A stretch of DNA of 23,002 bases from Candidatus Micrarchaeota archaeon (GTDB lineage: Archaea; Micrarchaeota; Micrarchaeia; Norongarragalinales; SBBD01): the NCBI GenBank assembly GCA_043813365.1, contig JBDRLB010000056.1:1-23002 (forward strand), written 5' to 3'. Positions 15,417-23,002 of the stretch are shown one piece after another; positions within the stretch are counted from its first letter, which is position 1; each line of letters starts with the position of its first letter. Below the pieces are notes generated by a model. The model did not search any database. It was not told where the DNA came from and saw nothing but the letters and a program-made list of their open reading frames with translations. The translations under genes and the position numbers were made by a program.

Positions 15417-15968
15417 ATGCCCGTTGAAACCGAAATAAAAATCCGGGTGAAGGATGCAGCAGCTGTAAGGAAGAAGCTGGAGGCGGCTGGGGCGGCGCAT
15501 ACAAAAACTGCTAGGCAGTACGATGGGATATTCGATTTCCGGGACGGGAGGCTGATGAGGAGGGGCGAGCTTTTCAGGCTGAGGGTGCTTGAGCCGGTCT
15601 GGCCGGACGGGGATAAAACGGTGATCCTTACTTTCAAGGGGAAGAAGAAACGCAAGGGAGTGGTGAAGGAGAGGGAGGAGACGGAATTCGAGACCAAAGA
15701 TATGGGAGGGGCGATGATTGCATTGCATGAGATGGGGCTGGAGAAAAAAATGGAGTACCTGAAGAAGACGGAATTTTACAAACTGGGGAAGATCAAAATC
15801 ACGCTGGATCATTTTCCGCATTACCCGGAACTTGGGCATTTTATCGAGCTGGAGGCGGATGAGAGGGAAATCAACCGCGGGATGAGGCTGCTTGGCTTAA
15901 GCAAAAAGGATGCGGTGAAGGAAACGTATCCGGAATTGATCAGGAATCACGTCGGAAAGGGAAAATAA
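15417..15968 (+). CDS. CYTH / triphosphate tunnel metalloenzyme (class IV adenylate cyclase-like)
   Basis: N-terminal ETEIK (ExExK), FRLR, LTFKG, REETE, ITLD and FIELE. True substrate not determinable from sequence. Confidence 0.9.
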   Translation: MPVETEIKIRVKDAAAVRKKLEAAGAAHTKTARQYDGIFDFRDGRLMRRGELFRLRVLEPVWPDGDKTVILTFKGKKKRKGVVKEREETEFETKDMGGAMIALHEMGLEKKMEYLKKTEFYKLGKIKITLDHFPHYPELGHFIELEADEREINRGMRLLGLSKKDAVKETYPELIRNHVGKGK

Positions 15969-15983
15969 GCATACGTTAGGGGA

Positions 15984-16805
15984 TTAAAGCCCGCACTTCT
16001 TCTTTACCTTTTCCCACACGTTCTCATGGTAGACGCGGATGAATCTTGCGGACACCTTGCTCTTGTAAATCTCCACGTTCTCGACAACCTCATCTATCTG
16101 GCCATCAACCGACATCATTATTTCGCGGTCCATCGGCTCTATTAGGAAATGCTCAGTTGAAGCGAAAACAATCGGATGGTTGAGCGGCGAGAGGGGGCAG
16201 ATCGGCGCCATGGTGATGCTCTCAATAGTGGGCATAATGATGGGCCCTCCGGCTGAAAGGTTGTATGCGGTTGAACCCGTAGGGGTGCTGAAAAGCACGC
16301 CGTTCGCTGAAAACATATCCTTCAGGGAATCGGAGGTGACGCGCAAATTCACAAGGCGCGAGACGTTTTTCGCGTGAACTGAGACTTCGTTCAGCGCATC
16401 CGCAGTATGGCCGTCATAATTGACAGTTAGCTTCATCCGCTCTTCCAGCTTGAACTTTCCTTGCAGGAATAACTCCAGCCCCGGCTCGAACGCATGCTCA
16501 TCCAAATTTGCCAGGAACCCTACTGCGCCGGTGTTGATCTCGAGTTTTGGTACGCCGGGGTAATTGAGCTCATTCTGCAAGTAGGTGCCGTCCCCGCCCA
16601 CGATGAGGTGTGCTTCGGCCTTTTTCCGGAATTCCTTCTCATCTATATGTTCTTTCATTCCCAGGTATTTCGATGTGCTGGGCGAAATGATTAACTCGAA
16701 ATCGTAATCGTCCTTCTTCTTTTCCAGGAACTGCAAGGCCTGCCTTGCGACCCTGGCGGCGTGCTCTGTTTTTTTCGTGATGAACCCGATTTTCCTGAAT
16801 TTCAT
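15984..16805 (-). CDS. nadK: NAD(+) kinase
   Basis: GGDGT, NTGAVGFL, ALNE, STPTGSTAYNLSAGGPI and VDGQ. Confidence 0.93.
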   Translation of the reverse strand: MKFRKIGFITKKTEHAARVARQALQFLEKKKDDYDFELIISPSTSKYLGMKEHIDEKEFRKKAEAHLIVGGDGTYLQNELNYPGVPKLEINTGAVGFLANLDEHAFEPGLELFLQGKFKLEERMKLTVNYDGHTADALNEVSVHAKNVSRLVNLRVTSDSLKDMFSANGVLFSTPTGSTAYNLSAGGPIIMPTIESITMAPICPLSPLNHPIVFASTEHFLIEPMDREIMMSVDGQIDEVVENVEIYKSKVSARFIRVYHENVWEKVKKKCGL

Positions 16806-16824
16806 GCTTGACCACTTCGCAAAT

Positions 16825-18417
16825 TTAGAAACGTTCTCCCTCCAATATTTTTTCCACAGATTTTTCCAGTTCGTCTATTTTGATGCGTTTCTGCTGGGCG
16901 GAATCCCTTTCCCTCAGTGTAACGGTGCCGTCCTTAAGCGAATCATAATCGATGGTGACGCAGAAAGGCGTGCCGACTTCATCTTGCCTCGCATATCTCC
17001 TGCCAATTGAGCCGGATTCGTCATACTCGGAAGCGAAGTGGGCTTTCAATAGAAGATAAACTTCCCTTGCCTTTTCAGCAAGCCCGTCCTTTTTCATGAG
17101 CGGGAAAACCGCTATTTTCACGGGCGAAATTTTTGCGCTTAGGTGAAGGAGGGTTTTTTTCTCAATTGGCGCGGGCTTGGCGTTTGGGGAGCCTTCGGTC
17201 GCGGTCTCTGTTGCAGCCGGTGCTTTATCGCCTTCCTTCTTCTCGATTTTTTCCTCGTATGCATCAATGATTGCTGTAAGGAAAGCGCGTTCCAAGCCAA
17301 AGGAGGGCTCGATCACGAAGGGAAGCACCTTCTTCTTGCTTCCCTCATCGAAATAAGTGAGGTCCTTCTTGCTTTCGAGCATGTGCTGCCGAAGGTCATA
17401 ATCGCCTCGGTTCGCTATTCCTGCAAGCTCCTTCCATCCCCACGGGTAAAGGTATTCGATGTCCCACGTTTCCTTCGAGTAGTGCGAGAGTTCAGTTTTG
17501 ACATGCTCCCTTATGCGCAGGTGCTCGGGGCGGATGCCTAAAACCCGCGCAAACCACTTGTAGGAATTCAGCACCCAGTAGGCGTGCACTTTCGTGCCGA
17601 TGACTTTCTTTTCGATGAGCTCGCCGAAGTTATATGCCCTTCCATCGCTCTGCTTCTTTTCCTGCATTGCAGCGGTCAGGACGGAAATCTCCATGCCCAA
17701 ATCTGCCCCCTCGAATTCCATGCCCGCATCCATCCTTTCTGGGTGGACGAAATATTCCAATTCCATCTGGGAGAATTCCCTGCACCGGAAGAGGAAGTTG
17801 CGCGGCGATATTTCGTTCCGGAAAGCCTTGCCCATTTGTGCGATGCCGAAGGGCAGCTGCTTGCGCGTTGTAAGCTGCACCTGCTTGAAATTCGTGAAAA
17901 TGTGCTGCGCAGTCTCCGGCCGGAGGTATGCGGCAGCAGATTCCTCCTCGCTTGCTCCCACATGCGTCTTGAACATCAGGTTGAACGGTTTCGCAACCTC
18001 GAGATTGCCATCGCATTTCTGGCATTTGAGCTTGTGTTCGGAGATCAGCGCATTTACCGCATCAAGCGACATCCCTTCAACTGAGAGCTTCAGCTCGTCC
18101 TCTATCAACTGGTCGGCCCGGAAGCGCGAATGGCACTTTCCGCATTCGATCAGTGGATCGGTGAATTCCCTCAGGTGGCCGGAAGCATTCCAGATGCTTG
18201 GCGAGGTGATTATTGTGCCATCGATTCCAACCACATCCTCCCTTTTCAGAACGAAATGCTCCCACCAGCTCTGCTCGATGTTGCGCTTTAGCTGTATGCC
18301 GTAATGGCCGTAATCGTAAAAGCCCGCAAAAGTGCCATATATTTCGCTGCTCGGGAATACGAACCCCCTTCGGGCTAAGAGCGAAACCACTCCCCCCATA
18401 AGGTCGTTCCTGGCCAT
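16825..18417 (-). CDS. glyS: Glycine--tRNA ligase, homodimeric (alpha2) type
   Basis: RRGFVFPSSEIYG, LRPETAQ, motif 2 FRNEISPR...REFSQME, VIEPSFGLER, and anticodon domain SIGRRYARQDEVGTP. Start at ATG 18417 with a TATA-like CTTAAAAA about 30 nt upstream. Confidence 0.97.
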   Translation of the reverse strand: MARNDLMGGVVSLLARRGFVFPSSEIYGTFAGFYDYGHYGIQLKRNIEQSWWEHFVLKREDVVGIDGTIITSPSIWNASGHLREFTDPLIECGKCHSRFRADQLIEDELKLSVEGMSLDAVNALISEHKLKCQKCDGNLEVAKPFNLMFKTHVGASEEESAAAYLRPETAQHIFTNFKQVQLTTRKQLPFGIAQMGKAFRNEISPRNFLFRCREFSQMELEYFVHPERMDAGMEFEGADLGMEISVLTAAMQEKKQSDGRAYNFGELIEKKVIGTKVHAYWVLNSYKWFARVLGIRPEHLRIREHVKTELSHYSKETWDIEYLYPWGWKELAGIANRGDYDLRQHMLESKKDLTYFDEGSKKKVLPFVIEPSFGLERAFLTAIIDAYEEKIEKKEGDKAPAATETATEGSPNAKPAPIEKKTLLHLSAKISPVKIAVFPLMKKDGLAEKAREVYLLLKAHFASEYDESGSIGRRYARQDEVGTPFCVTIDYDSLKDGTVTLRERDSAQQKRIKIDELEKSVEKILEGERF

Positions 18418-18482
18418 CAAAATCAGCAAACCTGTTTGAAATCGGACATTTTTAAGGGTTGCTTTATCGTGCGCCAAGCGCA

Positions 18483-19793
18483 TTAACGCCTATTGCGGAG
18501 AAGATATGCCCGTGCTTCTCCAATAGCATAAAGCGATCCGGTTATGCAGATAATATCTTTGTCGCTGGCGATGGATTTGGCGTATTCAATGGCATCGGGA
18601 AGGGAATTTTTTGTTGTGATGGGAATTTTTTTTCTGATTCTCGGGCTTAAGGCGGCCTTTTGAAGCATTTCCGGGGTTGCGGACCTATACAGGGAAGCCT
18701 TTGTAAAAATGAATTCGCCCGCAATCGGTGCGACCTCCTCGATCATTTTAGCATATTCCTTGTCAGCCATGATGGCCATGACCAGAATCAGCTTCCTTCC
18801 CCCGGATTTGAGGAATATTTCCTCCAAAAAGCGCTTCAACGACCGGATCCCTTCAACGTTATGCGCCCCATCGAGAAGGATCGTAGGCTGCTTGGAGATG
18901 ATTTCAAGCCTTCCGGGCCATTTTGCATTTTTAAGCCCCCGCCGTATCGCATTTTCTGAGATGGGAATGCCCTTTTCAAGCATATTCTCGACAACAGAAA
19001 GTGCAACGGATGCATTTTCAACCTGATGGGCCCCTAAAAGCCGGATTTCCAAATTATCGAGTCGCAGGTTCCTTCCCATAAAATTGAATTTGCCGCCTCG
19101 GATGCTCTCGCGAATTGATTTGCAGTTGAAGTCCCTCCCCAAAACGGATAATTCCGAACCGGTTTCATCGCATTTTCCCTCAATTTTCTTAAGAGCAGCA
19201 GCGGATTTGCAGCTAGTTGAAACGGAGGAGCCGGGCTTGATGATGCCCGCCTTTTCCGAGGCGATTTTTTCCAAAGAGTTCCCCAAATTGCGCATGTGAT
19301 CACGGGAGATGGTGGAGATTGCCTGGAATTTGGAAGGCGCAATGTTGGTTGCATCAAGCCTCCCGCCCATCCCGGCTTCCAGGATGAGGAAATCAATTTT
19401 CATCCTGCCGAAATATTTGAAAGCAGCAACTGTCAGCGCCTCGAAAAACGAAGGGCACCTTCCTTCTTTTCGCAGCCTTTCAATGTGGGAGCGCAAATCA
19501 TATATTATCCGAACGAAAGCCGCATCGGAAATCGCTTTCCCGTTGATCTGGAGGCGTTCATTGTATTTTTGTAGGTGCGGGGAGGCGTACAGTCCAACGC
19601 TATAGCCTTGCGCTGAAAGAATGCTGGAAAGGAATGCGCAAACCGAGCCTTTCCCGTTTGTGCCTGCAACTTGGATGACCTCGTAATCGTATTTTATAGC
19701 TGCTCGTTTGGAAAGCTCGCGGGGGATCGCCAGATCCCATTTTTCCGGCGTAGGCAGGGCTTCTAGGTATGAAACTGCCTTGTTGTAATCCAT
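18483..19793 (-). CDS. folC: Folylpolyglutamate/dihydrofolate synthase family ligase
   Basis: AGTNGKGS P-loop, SPHL...ER, EAGMGGRLDATN, EKAGIIK, WPGRLE, DGAHN and TGSLY. Start at ATG 19793. Confidence 0.93.
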   Translation of the reverse strand: MDYNKAVSYLEALPTPEKWDLAIPRELSKRAAIKYDYEVIQVAGTNGKGSVCAFLSSILSAQGYSVGLYASPHLQKYNERLQINGKAISDAAFVRIIYDLRSHIERLRKEGRCPSFFEALTVAAFKYFGRMKIDFLILEAGMGGRLDATNIAPSKFQAISTISRDHMRNLGNSLEKIASEKAGIIKPGSSVSTSCKSAAALKKIEGKCDETGSELSVLGRDFNCKSIRESIRGGKFNFMGRNLRLDNLEIRLLGAHQVENASVALSVVENMLEKGIPISENAIRRGLKNAKWPGRLEIISKQPTILLDGAHNVEGIRSLKRFLEEIFLKSGGRKLILVMAIMADKEYAKMIEEVAPIAGEFIFTKASLYRSATPEMLQKAALSPRIRKKIPITTKNSLPDAIEYAKSIASDKDIICITGSLYAIGEARAYLLRNRR

Positions 19794-19819
19794 AAACTCG
19801 CCACAACCCACATCCTTCC

Positions 19820-20131
19820 CTAACGGAAAGTATGCATGCATCCGCTTAAATCGATTTTGCCCTCCCTAAAAAACACGCCTTCCTTCGCAAGGAGCGAAAT
19901 TTTCCGCTTTCTTCCATGCAAATAACCTCCGGGATCGCCATTGCTTTTCACAATGCGGTGGCAAGGGACGCCTGTTTTTTTGCGGTCGTTGTAATGCATT
20001 ATCGTGCCTACTGCCCTTCCGGCCTTCGGATTGCCTGCTGCAATTGCAAGGGATTTGTAAGTGGCGACTTTTCCCGCAGGAATCTGCTTTGCAAGAAGGA
20101 AAACGCGGTCCCTGAATGATTTGGCGGCCAT
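19820..20131 (-). CDS. Short O6-methylguanine-DNA methyltransferase (C-terminal domain only)
   Basis: IPAGKVATY, RAVG, active-site PCHR and LLAKEG. 103 aa. Confidence 0.9.
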   Translation of the reverse strand: MAAKSFRDRVFLLAKQIPAGKVATYKSLAIAAGNPKAGRAVGTIMHYNDRKKTGVPCHRIVKSNGDPGGYLHGRKRKISLLAKEGVFFREGKIDLSGCMHTFR

Positions 20132-20146
20132 TTTGATGCCTTCCAG

Positions 20147-20812
20147 TCACTCCCTTTGCAGGGAATTGAAGCCTATCCAGAGAAGTGCAGCCAGGAAGAA
20201 GAACGCAACAACCGCAATGACATACTTCGAGGAGCTGTCTTCAACCGAGGTAAGGAGGTTGTTGATGATGTTTGTGCTGTTCGTTGGCGTTGGCTGGATT
20301 GAGCTTTTTGGCGATTTTGTCACACTCGGCACTGGCTGCGCTGAAGGCGTAGGAGTTGTGCGCTTGAATCTGAAGTAGCTGTAAATTGGGAGCAGGGCAA
20401 AATTCTTGCGGTTGTCCACATCCGTGATCTTAATGTACGTAGTGGCCATTTCGGGGAAGTTGACAAGGTTTATGGGCGTCAGGATGATCTTGATTGGCCG
20501 CTCGATGAAAGCGGCACCGGTTTCAAGCGAATAATTCGAAAGCTCGACTTTCATCGCATTTGACTCGTTTTCAATTGAGAGGTCAACCCGGCATTCGATG
20601 GAGGTGGAAGTGCCTGCCTCGGATTCGATGTAGAGCTTGAACGTCTGGTTCTGCTGCTCCGGCTGCACGAAAATAGCGGTTATGTTCAGAACAGAGGGGA
20701 TAATGCCAAGCGGGTAGCCGTCCTTGTTCTTCATGTAAAGGCAGTCTGCGGAAATGGGCTGGATTAGTAAAAGCATGAAGAGGGCAAATGCAAAGAGCCA
20801 CGCAAATTTCAT
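20147..20812 (-). CDS. Secreted, C-terminally membrane-anchored surface protein
   Basis: Signal peptide MKFAWLFAFALFMLLLIQPISA, beta-rich middle region, P/T/S-rich linker and TM helix YVIAVVAFFFLAALLWIGF. TATA ATATTTAAA at 20853-20845. Confidence 0.8.
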   Translation of the reverse strand: MKFAWLFAFALFMLLLIQPISADCLYMKNKDGYPLGIIPSVLNITAIFVQPEQQNQTFKLYIESEAGTSTSIECRVDLSIENESNAMKVELSNYSLETGAAFIERPIKIILTPINLVNFPEMATTYIKITDVDNRKNFALLPIYSYFRFKRTTPTPSAQPVPSVTKSPKSSIQPTPTNSTNIINNLLTSVEDSSSKYVIAVVAFFFLAALLWIGFNSLQRE

Positions 20813-20918
20813 CGGCTGCACCTGAAAAATTAACTGCACAGCGGTTTAAATATCCTTCAATATGGTGCACTGCGGTCAATAAAATGCGGGAGAATAATTG
20901 CCGGAAAGCGTTCATGCA

Positions 20919-22832
20919 TCAGAATCCAGGCCGCAGGCTCAGTTTGTCCGGAAGGGGCAGCTTCTCGAACGGCCTGTTAACGCATTCGTTCCTGACCAGT
21001 TCGGCAAGCTCGACAAGAGTGAGATTGGCGTTTTTGCCCTCCTTCCGCATCCTTACTGAAAGCATCCCGCTTTGGGCTTCCTTGTCACCTATGACTGCAG
21101 TGTAGGGAATCCATTCCTTCTCACTGTCCCTCACTTTCTTCTGCATGGTTTCCGCACGGTCATCCAAATCCACGCGGACATTGTGCTTTTTCAGTTCCTT
21201 CAGCAATTCGGTGCAGTAGGGTAGCTGCTTGTCCGATAATGGAACAAGCCTGACTTGCGTGGGTGAGAGCCAGGTTGGGAAAATAGGCACCTTGCCTTCC
21301 TTTATCCGCATCGCCTGCAGCTCCAGAAGCGCATAAATCACCCGCTCAACTGCGCCGGAAATGGAAGTATGCAAAATGATCGGCCTCTTCTTGTTGCCAT
21401 TCTCATCAGTGTATGAAAGGTCGAATGTCTCCCCGTTTTCAACATCGATCTGCACTGTTGAAAGCCCGGACGCCTTTTTTGCATTGTCAACGAAGTTCAT
21501 CTCGAATTTCGTGATGAAATATGCGTACCTTTCCTTGTAGAGCTCAAGCAGCACGGGCTTGCCGAGGGATTTTACCATCGAAACATACCAGTCCTTGTTT
21601 TCCTTGAAGAAATCCTCCTGCGCCCGGAAGGCTGTCTCGAAGGGGATCTGCAGTTCGGTGTTCCAGTCGAAACATTTGTAGAACTGCCTCTGGAACTCTT
21701 CGCGCGCCATTTCCAGGTTGGAGCAGAAAGTGTGCATGTCGGGCATTGTGAAAGCCCTAAGCCTTTTCAGGCCGGCAAGCTCGCCGGATTGCTCCCTCCT
21801 GAATGAGTAATGCGTGAGCTCGTAGATTTTCATGGGAAGCTGCTTGTAGGAAATCGTTAGCGTTTTTGCCAGCAGGAACTGGCCAAAGCATGCTGCGAAG
21901 CGCAGGAAGAGATCCTTCTCGTCGGATTTCACCGTGTACTGCCTTGCCGGGAAACGGTTGAGGTATTTTTTCAAAGCGGGATGCGCATAATCGTACATTA
22001 TGGGAGTCTCCACCTGCATGCCGCCATATTCAATGACAACATCGGTGATGGCGCGTTCAATTAGCACCTTCATCACTTCCCCTTTCGGCCGCCAGCTGAA
22101 ATTGCCTGCGTCGCTTGCAGGCTCGTAATCAACTAGCGCATGCTCCTTCATCAGCTTGATGTGCGGCGGCTCTTCCGCATAGCACCGGTCCTTCCGGGTT
22201 TCGTATTCGGAAAAAACCGCAAGGTCGCCATATTTCCCGAAATTGAATTTTTCAGCTTCAATGAGCTCCCCTTCAGGGGATAGTATGAAAAATTTGCTCT
22301 TCACCTGCGCCTCCTTCTTTAGGGATTCGGAAACTACCTCGTCGCCGCCGGCTTTCCCGACTGCAACCTCTTTCACTGCTCCCTTTTCGAGCTTGCCAAC
22401 TGCACGGTCAAGTGTTTCCTTCGTGATCGTTTTGCTAAGTTCGGCAAGCGGATGGCCCTTGCATTTCAGCTCGAAACTTTTGTAATAACCGAAGGGCGAT
22501 TTTTCCGCATGTGGGCAGAATGTCCTTACAGCCTCATGCAGTTCATTCAGGATGTAAACTGCTTCGCCGGGTTTCGCGAGATTGCTGGAAAGGTGCGCAT
22601 AGGGGTACACCATAATGGTTGCGGCCTTCACTTCCAAAAAGTTCTTCTTCACTTCCTCGGCTGCCCTCCTTGCAACTTCGGCAGTGTCGCCTTCTTCAAC
22701 ACTGGTCAGGATCACTAGCACGTTCTCGAGCCTCTTCCCCTTCTCCTCCTCCTTGAGGTCGCCGATGCTCTTCAGCGCCTTCTTTTCCGCCTTGTAGCTG
22801 AAAAAGTCGCAATGCAGTTCAAGTATCCGCAT
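20919..22832 (-). CDS. thrS: Threonine--tRNA ligase, archaeal type with N-terminal DTD-like editing domain
   Basis: MRILELHCD, YPYAHLSS and PFGYYK...CKGHPLAELS editing domain; catalytic LRFAACFG, SFRREQSGEL, MPDMH and LHTSISGAVER. Confidence 0.97.
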   Translation of the reverse strand: MRILELHCDFFSYKAEKKALKSIGDLKEEEKGKRLENVLVILTSVEEGDTAEVARRAAEEVKKNFLEVKAATIMVYPYAHLSSNLAKPGEAVYILNELHEAVRTFCPHAEKSPFGYYKSFELKCKGHPLAELSKTITKETLDRAVGKLEKGAVKEVAVGKAGGDEVVSESLKKEAQVKSKFFILSPEGELIEAEKFNFGKYGDLAVFSEYETRKDRCYAEEPPHIKLMKEHALVDYEPASDAGNFSWRPKGEVMKVLIERAITDVVIEYGGMQVETPIMYDYAHPALKKYLNRFPARQYTVKSDEKDLFLRFAACFGQFLLAKTLTISYKQLPMKIYELTHYSFRREQSGELAGLKRLRAFTMPDMHTFCSNLEMAREEFQRQFYKCFDWNTELQIPFETAFRAQEDFFKENKDWYVSMVKSLGKPVLLELYKERYAYFITKFEMNFVDNAKKASGLSTVQIDVENGETFDLSYTDENGNKKRPIILHTSISGAVERVIYALLELQAMRIKEGKVPIFPTWLSPTQVRLVPLSDKQLPYCTELLKELKKHNVRVDLDDRAETMQKKVRDSEKEWIPYTAVIGDKEAQSGMLSVRMRKEGKNANLTLVELAELVRNECVNRPFEKLPLPDKLSLRPGF

Positions 22833-22870
22833 AACCGATCCTTATTTTTACTGCCCCATAAATTAAATTA

Positions 22871-23002
22871 CCTACGCCTAAAGGCGTAGGATTTCCCCGT
22901 TAATAAGATGTGAGGGTGCGCTGCCTCGGGTCGTTCTCCTCGCGCACATAGCTCCGAATAGTTTCCAAATCTGCATCGCCAGCGCTGCGATGGAAATACG
23001 AG
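22871..23002 (-). mobile_element. End of an IS200/IS605-family element (tnpA 3' end plus subterminal hairpin), truncated by the window edge
   Basis: Perfect 9-bp inverted repeat CCTACGCCT-AA-AGGCGTAGG (22871-22890), 9 nt after the stop of a Y1-transposase-like reading frame. Confidence 0.75.
22900..23002 (-). CDS. tnpA: IS200/IS605 Y1 (HUH) transposase, C-terminal 33 aa (partial)
   Basis: Hand translation SYFHRSAGDADLETIRSYVREENDPRQRTLTSY-stop matches the TnpA pattern (W)xxSYFxxSxG...xxIxxYI/V, which carries the catalytic Tyr. Confidence 0.75.
   Translation of the reverse strand, partial: SYFHRSAGDADLETIRSYVREENDPRQRTLTSY

Noticed and set aside
15356..15697. 5' extension of ORF 14858..15697
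   Set aside because: It runs antisense through the CYTH gene and across the shared TATA; ATG 15355 is the more plausible start.
15417..15968. CYTH gene as part of a cyclic-nucleotide defence system
   Set aside because: No effector, sensor or nuclease genes are adjacent, and stand-alone CYTH proteins are common in archaea.
15984..16805. NAD kinase as part of the NPN pathway
   Set aside because: NPN derives from NaAD, not NADP. The gene is coupled to glyS and separated from lar by gar1-tfb.
17584..18304. Overlapping plus-strand ORFs of 166 and 236 aa
   Set aside because: Antisense shadows of glyS with no recognisable motifs.
1..23002. CRISPR array, rRNA, tRNA, intein or provirus
   Set aside because: No regularly spaced repeats, RNA-gene-sized unexplained gaps with tRNA/rRNA features, intein motifs, or integrase/capsid genes were seen by eye; a covariance-model scan would be the definitive test.

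Overview
Archaeal chromosomal window. Evidence: TFB with an upstream Gar1, an archaeal-type ThrRS with its editing domain, GGTGA/GAGGTG Shine-Dalgarno sites and TATA boxes. Short basic orphan genes plus a bacterial-style 2-oxoacid dehydrogenase suggest a DPANN-type lineage, but this is inference. The left half (1-12.8 kb) is a compact sulfur/cofactor block: probable sufD 3' end, sufS, sufU, a 47-aa zinc-ribbon gene missed by the ORF track, and lipA-E1a-E1b-E2-orphan-E3. It converges on an apparent six-gene operon, larE-larB-larC1-larC2-lplB-lplA, which joins nickel-pincer nucleotide (NPN) cofactor biosynthesis to a bipartite lipoate ligase; no larA is in view. The right half is mostly housekeeping: gar1, tfb, CYTH protein, NAD kinase, glyS, folC, a short MGMT, a surface protein and thrS, with several orphans. 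The window ends in the 3' end of an IS200/IS605 Y1 transposase whose terminal hairpin abuts the thrS promoter. No CRISPR, rRNA or tRNA was found. All calls come from reading motifs by eye; no database search was run.
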